From an uncultured Actinomycetota bacterium (lineage in GTDB: Bacteria > Actinomycetota > Acidimicrobiia > Spongiisociales > UBA5794): a DNA stretch of 64,000 bases. The notes beneath the pieces were generated by a model. The model did no database searches. It had not been told where the DNA came from and saw only the letters and a program-made list of their open reading frames with translations. Where the stretch lies: contig CAVQRN010000002.1 in assembly GCA_963715255.1 (NCBI GenBank), positions 113,446-177,445 on the forward strand, in the 5' to 3' direction. The first letter of the stretch is position 1. Every line of letters starts with the position of its first letter. Below are positions 37,562-47,492 of the stretch, piece after piece. Position numbers and translations under genes: made by a program.

Positions 37562-39334
37562 GTCAATCCCCTCTCCCACACTTTGACGAGACGACCGAAC
37601 TCCGGACTCGACGTGATGAGATCCTTGTGATGGCCGTCGGCAATGATCCGGCCGTCGTCGATCATGATGACACGATCGGCCCGCTCGGCCGAACGGAGGC
37701 GGTGTGCGATCACGATGGCGGTCCGACCGGCGAGGAGAACACGGAGCGCTCCCTCGATTTCCAATTCCGTCTCGGGATCGAGATTCGAGGTCGCCTCGTC
37801 GAGGACGATGACCGACGGGTCGTCCAGAAACGCCCGACCGAGAGCGACCAGTTGCCTCTCCCCCGGCAGAGAATCGGCTTCCACGCTCACGGACTTCGGT
37901 ATCGAGACCTTCCGGCAAACTGCGAACCCAGCCGTCGATTCCCATTGCACGCAGCACGTTCCATACGTCGATGTCCGCGGCATCCGGGGCCCCGTACGTC
38001 AGGTTGTCTCTCAGCGTTCCGTTGAACAAGAAGCCGTCCTGCGGAATGAGAGCGATGGCGTCGGTTCGGGAGTTCATCGTGAGATCGCGCAGATTGGAGC
38101 CGTCAATCTCTACGTGTCCCTGCTGCGGGTCGTAGAAGCGGAGCACCAATTTCGCGATCGTCGACTTCCCGGCGCCGGTCTCGCCGACCACAGCGAGGCG
38201 CTGTCCGGCCGGAATCTCGAGATTGATCTGACGGAGCACCATGGTTTCGTCGTCGTAGCCGAACGTAACGTTCTTCAACGTGATCGTTCCAGAGACCGGC
38301 GTCTCGAGGTCGTGTGCAGATGGACGCTCGATGACGTGGGCCCTCACGTCGAGGAGATTGAAGAGTTTTGCAAGGGCGGCGATCGCTGCCTGGAGGAGGT
38401 TGTAGACATTCGCCAGGTTCACGATCGGTTGGAAGAACCAGTCGAGGTACAGCAGGAAGACGACGAGGGTCCCGAACGTCAACGACCCGTCCATCACGCG
38501 AATTCCGCCGATGGCCAGCACGGCGCCGAGCGCCATGATTCGAAGAAGACCGACCGTGGGGAAGTACCACGAGATCGCCGCAGCCGCCGACATGTTCGCC
38601 CGATAGTGGGATTCGTTGACCCGTCCGAAGGACGTCGCCTGAACCTGCTCCTGCGTGAACGCCTGAACGACACGAACGCCGGCGATCCCTTCCTGGAGTT
38701 CGGCAAGGACATGCCCGATCCGTTCACGTACCCGCTTGTAGGCCTTGGAGGCCTGCCGCTGGAAGACGACCGACACGCCGACGAGCACGCCGATGACGGC
38801 GAACGTCGCAAGTGCCATCTGCAAGTCAACGAGAACCATGGCCACAGCGACGCCGATCACCGTCAATCCATTCGACAAGGCCATCACCGCGCCGTCGCTG
38901 GCGAACTCCTGGAGGGACTCGATGTCCGACGTCATGCGACTCACCAGCACACCGCTCTTCGAACGGGAGAAGAAAGCGGTATCAGAGTGAATGAGGTGCC
39001 CGAAGACGACGCCGCGCAACTTCAACAGGTACTGCTCCCCCACCCAGGCGATTCCGTATCGGGAGATCATCACAAACACGTACTCCGCGAGGAGCAGAAC
39101 GATGAACACAATGGCTGCACGGGATACCGCGACCTTGTCTCCTTCGGCGATGCCTCGATCGATACCCGCGCGGACCGTCAACGGACCGGCAAGGCGGGCA
39201 ATCGTCCCGAACGTTGCGGCAACAAAGGCCCCGCCCACGGGGAGCCACAAGGAACGACCAAGGCGGGCCGCCCGAACGAGCAGACGGCGTCGATCCTCGA
39301 CCTCGTAGCCACCGGCTTGCTGCATGTATCTCAT
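37558..39334 (-). pseudogene. ABC exporter (fused TMD-NBD) with a 1-nt frameshift in a G5/C5 run (37859-37863)
   Basis: The six-TM domain and Walker A GETGAGKST lie in the ORF 36437..39334 frame. The signature and Walker B (SLPGERQLVALGRAFLDDPSVIVLDEATSNLD, AHRLRS) lie in ORF 37558..37983. Removing one G from gccggggga restores RFSAGERQLVALGRAF. Confidence 0.85.
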
Positions 39335-41097
39335 CGCAGACCACCGGCGGTCCGGTCCTCGTCGTAGGCCAGGACCTCGCCGTATCTCGGGATCGTCGCC
39401 ATCAACTCGTCGTGGGTACCAACCGCAACGATCGCGCCGTCCTCCAGGAAGACCACGAGGTCCGCCAACGCAAGGGTCGAGGTCCGGTGAGCGATGATCA
39501 GCGTCGTCCGCCCGGCCATCACGCTGCGAAGCGCTTCCTGGATATCCGCTTCCACGACGGCATCGACCGACGAGGTCGCGTCGTCGAGGATGAGTATCCG
39601 GGGGTCACGAAGAACGCTCCGGGCGAGCGCGATTCGCTGACGCTGCCCGCCCGACAGCGTGTGGCCTCGTTCGCCGATCACCGTGTCATAGCCATCGGAC
39701 ATCGAGCACACGAAGTCGTGAGCCTGAGCGAGACGGGCCGCCGACCGTACCCTCCGATCATCGGCATCGGGGTCCCCAACGCGAATGTTCTCGGCGATCG
39801 ACGCCGAGAACAGGAACGTCTCCTGGAACACGATTGCTACCTCGGACCGCAGATCGTCGAGACGGAGATTGCGCACGTCGACGCCGTCAATCGTGACGGA
39901 TCCCTCGAGCACGTCGTAGAACCGTGGTACGAGATTGGCGACCGTCGTCTTGCCAGACCCGGTTGTGCCCACGAGCGCGACGGCGGTTCCTCCCGGGAGA
40001 ACGAGATCGACGCCTTCGAGAACCGGGGCACCGCCCGGGTATGCGAAGCGGACGCCGCTGAAGCGGACCTCCCCTGGTCCGTCGGGGAGATCAAGAGGCG
40101 ACTCGGGATCCTCAATGATCGGGTCGGTCAGAAGGAGTTCGTCGATCCGAGAGGCGGACGCCGCGGCCCTCGGCAGGTTGGCGAAGAACCAGCCTGTGAT
40201 CATGAGCGGGAGGACGAGAACCGCGAGGTACTGCGTGAACGCCACGAACTCGCCGGGCGTCAACGCTCCATCGATGACCCGGAGTCCACCAATCCACAGC
40301 ACCGCCACGGTCCCGAACGATGGGATCAGCTCGAAGAGGGGTGCGTACTCCGATCGGTACCGTGCCATCTGGATCGTGTCTTCGTAAATTGCGAACGCGG
40401 CCGTCTGCAGGCGCTGCTCCTCTCGACGTTCCTGTCCGTACGCCTTGACGACCTCGACACCTGCAATTGTCTCCTCCACGACCTCGGCCAGATCGGCCAG
40501 CTTCTGCTGCACACTGAACGAGAGTCGGATGATGCGGCGCGCCAGGGTGTTGGCATTGAGAACCAGGGCCGGGATGGTCAGAGAAGCGACGGCGCCGAGT
40601 ACCGGGTCGATCACAACCAGCACGACGATTACGACCACGAACATGACGATGTTGGCGATCACGATCGGGAGCATCATCAGGATCAGCCGGATCTGAGACA
40701 GATCCGAGGACGCCCGGGACATCAGTTGGCCGGTCGGCATGAGGTCGTGGAACGAGAAAGCAAGACGCTGAATGTGGCTGAACATACGGCCTCTCAGATC
40801 CGCCTCTACGCGATACGAGACTCGGAAACCGAAGTAGCGGCGGAACCCCATTCCCACGGCCTGGATCAACCCGACGCCAAACAGCACACCGATGAGGGGA
40901 AGAAGGAGGTCTCGCCGCTCGTCGAGGATGACGTCATCGATGATCAGCTTGACGATGTATGGAATCGTGACGACGGCGGCCATCCAGACGAGAGCCCCTG
41001 CGATCGCGATCGCTCCATCCCCCGGGTACGACCGCACGGTCTTGGCGAGGAGTCGAATGCCGGTCCGGGCGTCCGTATTCGATCGTTGCCGGCTCAC
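39331..41097 (-). CDS. ABC exporter (fused TMD-NBD), partner of the downstream half-transporter
   Basis: Walker A GTTGSGKTT, LSGGQRQRIALARSVL, ILILDDATSSVD, IAHRTST. GTG start overlaps the yihY-like stop (GTGA) and its stop overlaps the next ATG (ATGA). Confidence 0.9.
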   Translation of the reverse strand: MSRQRSNTDARTGIRLLAKTVRSYPGDGAIAIAGALVWMAAVVTIPYIVKLIIDDVILDERRDLLLPLIGVLFGVGLIQAVGMGFRRYFGFRVSYRVEADLRGRMFSHIQRLAFSFHDLMPTGQLMSRASSDLSQIRLILMMLPIVIANIVMFVVVIVVLVVIDPVLGAVASLTIPALVLNANTLARRIIRLSFSVQQKLADLAEVVEETIAGVEVVKAYGQERREEQRLQTAAFAIYEDTIQMARYRSEYAPLFELIPSFGTVAVLWIGGLRVIDGALTPGEFVAFTQYLAVLVLPLMITGWFFANLPRAAASASRIDELLLTDPIIEDPESPLDLPDGPGEVRFSGVRFAYPGGAPVLEGVDLVLPGGTAVALVGTTGSGKTTVANLVPRFYDVLEGSVTIDGVDVRNLRLDDLRSEVAIVFQETFLFSASIAENIRVGDPDADDRRVRSAARLAQAHDFVCSMSDGYDTVIGERGHTLSGGQRQRIALARSVLRDPRILILDDATSSVDAVVEADIQEALRSVMAGRTTLIIAHRTSTLALADLVVFLEDGAIVAVGTHDELMATIPRYGEVLAYDEDRTAGGLR

Positions 41098-41925
41098 GAG
41101 GATACGTCGCGTGCAACGTCCTCAATCGACGGAACGAGCGCAGGGACCACAATCACGATGAAGCCGATCACGTACGACCACACAAGCACGAGACCCACGG
41201 ATCCAAGCGCAGCAAGCTTCCCACCGCCGGTCGTTGGCATGAGCACCGCGGCGCCCCAGGTCGTGAGCCCAAGCAGGATCACCGTGACGATCGCCGATAT
41301 GAACGGCCGCCGGATCGGGGCCGGTATCCCCCACTCGTAGATCGCTGAGAGGACGCCGACGACCCAGGCTGCCAGCACGCCCGCGACAAGCCACGTCACA
41401 GAATCGACACCGATGCCGTGCTCCCGAAGCGCCGCCAAGATCCAGTCCCCCAATAGCAGCACGACATACGACAGTACCCAGCGCGATCCCTGCTCCAACG
41501 GTGAAGAGAACCCCGAGCCCCCGGGTCACCCAGTAGGGGCGCCACTCTTCAACTCCTTCGATCATCCGGAGCGCCTTCTGGACCGCGTAGATGGCCCGGG
41601 ATCCCGACCAAAGGGCGACAAGGAGCGAAACCACGATCAACACGGTCTCCATGCTCCCCACGGTCTGTTGGGCCTCCCCGATGATCGAAACGATGAAATC
41701 GACGATCTCGACCGGGAACACCTCGGCAAGGATTCGCTCAACCTCGGCGACGCCATCCACCCCGGAGCCGAAAATCGAGAGCGCTGCGACCGCGGCGAGG
41801 GCCAACGGGACAAGGGCGAAGGAGACGTTGTAGGCGATAGCAGCCGACATGAGGAACGGGTCGGCCGCCATGATCCGCTTGATCGCCGACTTGAGCGGGT
41901 CGAAGCGGGGCGGTACCGAGATCAT
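41094..41925 (-). pseudogene. YihY/BrkB (virulence factor BrkB / 'RNase BN-like') family membrane protein, frameshifted near 41470-41510
   Basis: The N-terminal about 140 aa (LMSAAIAYNVSFALVPLALAAVAAL...) are in ORF 41122..41925, which then turns R/G-rich. The hydrophobic C-terminal half (WVLSYVVLLLGDWILAAL...VIGFIVIVVPALV) is in ORF 41094..41498. Confidence 0.75.
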
Positions 41926-41989
41926 GAGTCAAGGATACGACGCGCACGGTCGCGAGCAGAAAACGTTCCGGTTCCTACACTCCACGCCG

Positions 41990-43564
41990 ATGCACCGCAT
42001 GATCCTGCTTGTTGTCGCCCTCGCCCTGACGGCCGCCGCCTGCGTGGCCGGCGCCGACGTGACCCCGGTCGACCCGAACGGCTCAACGACGACCTTCGCC
42101 CCGGTCTCCATTCTCCCCGGGACCGAAACGACCCGGTCGGGAGATCCGGCATCGACGACCGTCCCCGCCTCGACCACCACCACCGTTCCGCAGCGGCCGC
42201 CCGGAGTCGTTCCTTCCGAGAGCGTCGGCGAGCCTTGGGGTCAGGTTGTCGGCTTGACGATGTTCCGCGGCAACCCCACGCGAACCTACTTCGGCTCGGG
42301 GCCCGTCTCGGCGACGACGCCGAGTGTGTCCTGGCGTTTCCCCGAAAACCCGATGTGTGGCCAGTCCCCCGTCGGCAAGGAGCCGAAAGTCTGGTGCGGG
42401 AGCGGCTGGACCGGTCAACCGGTCGTGTGGGAGCGCCCCGACGGGATCACCGAAGTGATCTTCGGCGCCTACGACAAGCAGATTCACTTCCTCGACGCCG
42501 CCACCGGCGAACGCACACGCCCCGACTTCGACATGGGCGACATCATCAAGGGCTCCGTGACGCTCGACCCGGATGGTTTCCCGCTGCTCTACACCGGCTC
42601 TCGCGACCCGCGTTTCCGCATCATCGCGCTCGACGGTGATGAACCCCGCGAGGTGTGGTCGCTCCACGCAACGTCCGTCGAGGGGATCTGGAACGACGAC
42701 TGGGATTCGAATCCGGTCATCGTCGACGACATCATGTACGAGGGCGGAGAGAACTCATGGTGGTTCGCGGTGAAGCTCAACCGTGGGTACGACGGCGACG
42801 GGAACGTGACCGTCGATCCTCAGGTCGTGTATCAGATGCCTGCGTGGACCGATGAGTTGACGGAGATCTTCGGACGTCAGCATTCGGTGGAGAGTTCGAC
42901 AGCGGTCTTCGAACAGAGGGCGTATTTCTCGACATCGGCGGGACGAGTTGTGGGGGTCGACGTATCGAAGGTCGAGACGGGTGAGGCAGCGGTCTTCTTC
43001 GACTTCTGGACCGGCGACGACACCGACGCGACGATCAGCATCGACCGAGACGGCTTCCTCTACGTGGTTTCTCACGCCGACACGGCCAAGAAGAACAACA
43101 CTGCCGCACGCCGGGTTCGCGAGGTTGGTGATCTCTCCAAGCTCGACCCGGACAACCCTGACGATCCGGTGATGTGGTCGGTTGACCTGTCGGCTGCGCG
43201 CGGAGAGGATGCCGGCGCCTGGGCAACACCAGCCCTCCACGCCGACGCCGGCATGATCTTCGTAGCGACCGACGCAGGCGATCTCGTGGGTGTCGACACG
43301 GCGACCGGGGATACGGTCTGGCAGGACTTCATCGGTGGCAACGCATGGTCGTCGCCGGTCATTGCGGACGACACCCTCGTCGTCGGCGCCGACTGCCTCA
43401 CGAATCACTCCGGTTTCCGGGCCTACGACCTCACCAATCCGCGTTCACCAGAGCGCCTGTGGGATGTGACCGTGGGCACCGGCGCCTGCATCGAGTCGAC
43501 CCCTGCGGTGTGGAATGGTCGGATCTATGTGGGTATCTCGCGACGGATTCTTCTACGCTCTTGA
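41990..43564 (+). CDS. PQQ-like beta-propeller repeat lipoprotein (C-terminal 10 residues probably frameshifted; likely true stop 43569-43571)
   Basis: Lipobox MHRMILLVVALALTAAAC. Repeated propeller blades (e.g. GDTVWQDFIGGNAWSSPVIADDTLVVG, ESTPAVWNGRIYVG). The adjacent frame gives SRDGFFYALEN*, a typical blade ending. Confidence 0.75.
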   Translation: MHRMILLVVALALTAAACVAGADVTPVDPNGSTTTFAPVSILPGTETTRSGDPASTTVPASTTTTVPQRPPGVVPSESVGEPWGQVVGLTMFRGNPTRTYFGSGPVSATTPSVSWRFPENPMCGQSPVGKEPKVWCGSGWTGQPVVWERPDGITEVIFGAYDKQIHFLDAATGERTRPDFDMGDIIKGSVTLDPDGFPLLYTGSRDPRFRIIALDGDEPREVWSLHATSVEGIWNDDWDSNPVIVDDIMYEGGENSWWFAVKLNRGYDGDGNVTVDPQVVYQMPAWTDELTEIFGRQHSVESSTAVFEQRAYFSTSAGRVVGVDVSKVETGEAAVFFDFWTGDDTDATISIDRDGFLYVVSHADTAKKNNTAARRVREVGDLSKLDPDNPDDPVMWSVDLSAARGEDAGAWATPALHADAGMIFVATDAGDLVGVDTATGDTVWQDFIGGNAWSSPVIADDTLVVGADCLTNHSGFRAYDLTNPRSPERLWDVTVGTGACIESTPAVWNGRIYVGISRRILLRS

Positions 43565-43570
43565 GAACTG

Positions 43571-44541
43571 ATGGCTGGGAGTAGCTCGATCGAGACCGGG
43601 ACGGGACGCAAAGTCTCTTCCGCGCTCGTGTTCAGCTTCGGCACCGCAGCGACCCTCGCCACCGTTCTGGGATTCTTCGGAGCGACCTGGTGGGGATTCG
43701 ACCGACTCGCCGATTTCCGATTCCCCTACCTCGTCATCCTGGTGACCACTGCCATCATCTACGGCTTCGTCTTCCGCCGTGCTCTCTCTGCCGCATTCCT
43801 TCTTGCGGCCGTCGCAAACGCCGCTCTCCTCGCTCCGATGTGGCTCACGACACAACCGGTCGCCGCTTCGAATGACAGCATCAGAGTGGTGAGCCTCGAC
43901 ACCGACGGATCATCTGACCGCCGCCGTGCGATCGTCGAGTGGATCAACCAGGAAGAGGCCGACGTCGCCTTGCTCCACCATACGAGCGGAGATTGGGCGG
44001 CGACGTTGGACGACAGCGACGTCCCCTACCGGATCGTCGCCGCGCCGGTCGCGTCCGAGGCAACCGGTCGATCGCTCGTTCTGGTCAGGCACAACACAAC
44101 GGCCTCACCCCTCCCACCTGTGCCGGCGCAGATGTCACCTTTCGCGTCGCGACCGAAAACAGCACGGCGACGGTGATCGGCATCTCCGTTCGGAATCCTG
44201 GTTCATCGTCCGCTGCGGACGACCGAATCGAGCGCTTCACGGCGGTGAATGCGGCCGCCTTGGGTATGCCAGGTCCAGTCGTCGTGACCGGAAATCTCGA
44301 GACCACCCGATGGTCCCACGCATTCGCACTGCTTGCCGAGGGGATGACCGACTCCGAGGACGGGTTCGGGTACGCAGCGACGTGGCCGTCATTCGACTGG
44401 CCGGTCGTCGGCAGCTACACCGGTCTGCCGGTCGATCACGCCGTCTACGTTGGAGCAATCACTGTGTCGTACCGTCGGATCGGACCCGACCTCGGCCCCG
44501 CTCACCGGCCGCTGCTCTTCGACATCTCACCTACCGGGTAG
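43571..44541 (+). pseudogene. Membrane-anchored endonuclease/exonuclease/phosphatase (EEP) family protein, frameshifted near 44100-44120
   Basis: The N-terminal TM region and the start of the EEP domain (IRVVSLDTDG...ADVALLHH) are in ORF 43571..44176. The rest (VTFRVATENSTATVIGISVRNP...VVVTGNLETT...LPVDHAV) is in ORF 43939..44541. C-rich tract cacccctccc at the junction. Confidence 0.7.
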
Positions 44542-44587
44542 AGGGACCCCCGGGACCACACCCACAGTGCCCAGTACCCTCCTGGTC

Positions 44588-46543
44588 ATGCGCTACGACT
44601 ACACCACCATCACCGCCGGCTCAGTCAGTGAGATCACCGAGTCCGCCATCACACAAGCCGAAGCTGCGGTCGACGCCGCGGTTGGCGTCGCCGGGCCGCG
44701 TACCTACGCCAACACGATGGTGCCACTCGACCGCGCCGGCGTGTTGTTGTCCGACGCCTCGGGCCGAGGAGCGTTCATGGCGAAGGTCCACTCCGATGCC
44801 GACGTGCGCGCGGCCGGCGTCGCCGCAGGAGAACGGATGGCCAAGTGGGGTTCAGACCTCGTCATGCGTTCCGACCTCGCGGCGGCGATCCGCTCATACG
44901 CGATGACGGATGACGCCCGTTCCCTCGATGGCCTTGAGGCACGCAATCTCGACTTCTGGCTCCGCGACCTCCGCAGGGCAGGACACGACCTCGACGACGC
45001 AGACCGCGAGCGACTCCGCGAACTCCAGCAGCGGCTCATCGAACTGCAGGTTGCCTTCAGCAGCAACCTCGACGAGTGGGACGACGGCATCGACATGACG
45101 AGGGGCGACCTCGTCGGACTACCGGACTCCTACGTCGAACGTCTCGAGTCCGGCACCTCCGAAGCCACCTTCCGGGTCTCGATGCAATACCCGGACTACA
45201 TCCCGTTTATCGAAGAGGCAGAGAACCGCGATCTGCGCCGGCAGATGCAGTTCAAGTTCTGGAATCGCGCCGCTGAAGAGAACACACCCCTCCTCGTCGA
45301 AGCTGTCGCTCTTCGCGAAGAGATCGCCGATCTCCTCGGATACGACACCTGGGCCCGGTTTGCCATGGAAGTCAAGATGGCCGACCCGGAAGCGGTGGAC
45401 GAGCTCTACGACTCGATCATTCCCGGTCTCACCAGTCGCGGTGTCGAAGAACTCGCAGCACTCCAGGACCTCGCCTCACTCGACCTGGGCGACGAGGCGA
45501 TCCAGTCGTGGGATTGGATGTACTACCACACGAAGCAACGCAGGCGTGACTTCGGCATCGACCAGAGCGAGGTCGCCGAGTATTTCCCACTCGAGACGGT
45601 GGTTGAAGGGATGTTCGAGATCACCGGCGGCGTCCTCGGGCTCGAGTATCGCGAGATCGAAGAGACCGGCGCATGGCACGATGACGTCAGGTTGTACGAG
45701 ATCCGAAACAGCAGATCGGACCAGGCGATCGCCTACTTCTACGCCGACCTCTTCCCGCGGGAGGGCAAGTTCGGCCACGCCGCGTGCTTCTCGATACGGG
45801 GCGGCATGAGGGAGGAGAGCGGCGACTACCGGGCGCCGGTTGCCGCGATCGTCGCGAATTTCACGAAGCCGGGACCGGGATCCCCTTCGCTCCTCAAGCA
45901 CGACGAGGCGGTCACCCTCTTTCATGAGTTTGGCCACGTCCTGCACTTCTGCCTGACCGAGGTCGATCACCCCCGGTTCGCCGGCTACGACACCGAGTGG
46001 GACTTCGTCGAGGCACCGTCGCAGATCATGGAGCACTGGATGTGGCAGCCGGAGGTGCTCCAACGGTTCGCTCGCCACTACACCACCGGCGAGATGATCC
46101 CATCCGATCTCGTCGAGCGACTCGTCGCTGCACGCGATCAGAACACGGCGCTCACCACGCTGCGACAGGCCTTCCTCGGCAAGTTCGATCTTGCCATCCA
46201 CACGGGCCACGGCGACGTCGACATCGAACAGGCCACCCGTGACGCCTTCGCTCTGACGCTGATCCCGTACCACGACGGCACGCACTTCGCAGCGTCGTTC
46301 GGTCATCTCATGGGCGGGTACGACGCCGGCTACTACGGCTATCAGTGGGCCAAGGTCTACGGGGACGACATGTTCTCGGTCTTCTCCCACGAGGGCGTGC
46401 TCAGCCCCGAGGTCGGGGCCCGATATCGCAGCGAGGTGCTCGCACGGGGTTACTCCCGTGACGCCATAGAGCATCTCCGAGCCTTCCTCGGCCGGGAGCC
46501 GTCCTCCGACGCGTACCTCGAGAACCTGGGGCTGAAGGAGTGA
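44588..46543 (+). CDS. M3 family metallopeptidase (peptidyl-dipeptidase Dcp / oligopeptidase-like)
   Basis: HEFGHVLH zinc motif, downstream EAPSQIMEHW, and typical M3 length and layout. Start trimmed to MRYDYTTIT. Confidence 0.9.
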   Translation: MRYDYTTITAGSVSEITESAITQAEAAVDAAVGVAGPRTYANTMVPLDRAGVLLSDASGRGAFMAKVHSDADVRAAGVAAGERMAKWGSDLVMRSDLAAAIRSYAMTDDARSLDGLEARNLDFWLRDLRRAGHDLDDADRERLRELQQRLIELQVAFSSNLDEWDDGIDMTRGDLVGLPDSYVERLESGTSEATFRVSMQYPDYIPFIEEAENRDLRRQMQFKFWNRAAEENTPLLVEAVALREEIADLLGYDTWARFAMEVKMADPEAVDELYDSIIPGLTSRGVEELAALQDLASLDLGDEAIQSWDWMYYHTKQRRRDFGIDQSEVAEYFPLETVVEGMFEITGGVLGLEYREIEETGAWHDDVRLYEIRNSRSDQAIAYFYADLFPREGKFGHAACFSIRGGMREESGDYRAPVAAIVANFTKPGPGSPSLLKHDEAVTLFHEFGHVLHFCLTEVDHPRFAGYDTEWDFVEAPSQIMEHWMWQPEVLQRFARHYTTGEMIPSDLVERLVAARDQNTALTTLRQAFLGKFDLAIHTGHGDVDIEQATRDAFALTLIPYHDGTHFAASFGHLMGGYDAGYYGYQWAKVYGDDMFSVFSHEGVLSPEVGARYRSEVLARGYSRDAIEHLRAFLGREPSSDAYLENLGLKE

Positions 46544-46590
46544 GAAGGCCGGGAAATATCGGGCCATCTCTCCCGCCGCAAGCGGGAGAG

Positions 46591-47452
46591 ATGGCCCGAG
46601 CGCAGCGAGGGTCGGAGGGGGCTCTGGGGAGCATGAGTCGGGGAGATGAGGCAAGGAACTCACTTGCAGCGACGGAAATCGCCCATCTCAAGCACCTCAC
46701 TGCGGAGCTCGCCGACCCGACCGATCTCGACGCAGCAATCCATACGACTCGTACGGGCATCAAGCAACTCCGGGCCTTCCTCCGGCTGGCTCGCCAATCG
46801 ATCGGAACGTCGACCTACCGAATCGAGAACGGAGCCCTCGGCCACACAGCTCGGTTGCTCGCACCGGCCCGCGAACGCGTATGTGCTCATCGAGACAGCG
46901 GGGGAACTCGGTGCCGCGGATCGCATTCTCGCCGAGCTCAACGAAGACCATACGAGGGCGATCGACGCCCTTGAAGCAGGACCTCGAATCGAAGCCGTGC
47001 ACCGTCTCGAATCCGCGATCGACCGGTGGAGGCTTCTCGAGTGGCACGGTCCGGATTCATTGTCCATCGGGGTAGGGCTCGTCCGGACGTACGGTCGGGG
47101 GCTCGCCGACCTCGAGACCGTCCGAGCGGCGCCGGTGGCGATGGCCTTCCACGGTTGGAGGCGACGCGTCAAGTACCTCCGATATCAACTCGAAGCACTC
47201 GATGCGCCGACCATGTTCCTCGGCCCGTACACCCTTCTCGGTGACGATCTGGGCTTCGAACACGACCAGACCGTGCTGCTCGGCATCTGCGAGCTGCACA
47301 CCAACGACGAGACCTTCTCATCCCTCGCTCACCGCTCGCTCGAACGACGAGAGGAGCTGAGGGCCAGCGCGATCAACCGCGGGGCCCTGCTCTTCGACCA
47401 GGAACCGGATTCCTTCCGCCGTACCGTCGAGGAGATGATCGGCCTCCATTGA
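46591..47452 (+). pseudogene. CHAD domain protein, frameshifted at about 46874-46875
   Basis: CHAD-type helices IHTTRTGIKQLRAFLRLAR (ORF 46540..46974) and FHGWRRRVKYLRYQLEAL (ORF 46646..47452). Deleting one A in cgc gaa cgc g gives LAPARDAYVLIETAGELG. Start uncertain (46540, 46591 or 46633). Confidence 0.7.
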
Positions 47453-47492
47453 GTAGCTGAGAGGTCCCGGTGTATTCGCTCTGGCTGAAGGA

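Noticed and set aside
36437-39334. 965-aa ORF that looks like a giant ABC transporter-aminotransferase fusion
   Set aside because: The middle about 100 residues are R/S/P-rich nonsense. The ABC signature and Walker B motifs are in another frame (ORF 37558..37983). One extra G in a G5 run explains the join, so these are two genes plus a frameshift.
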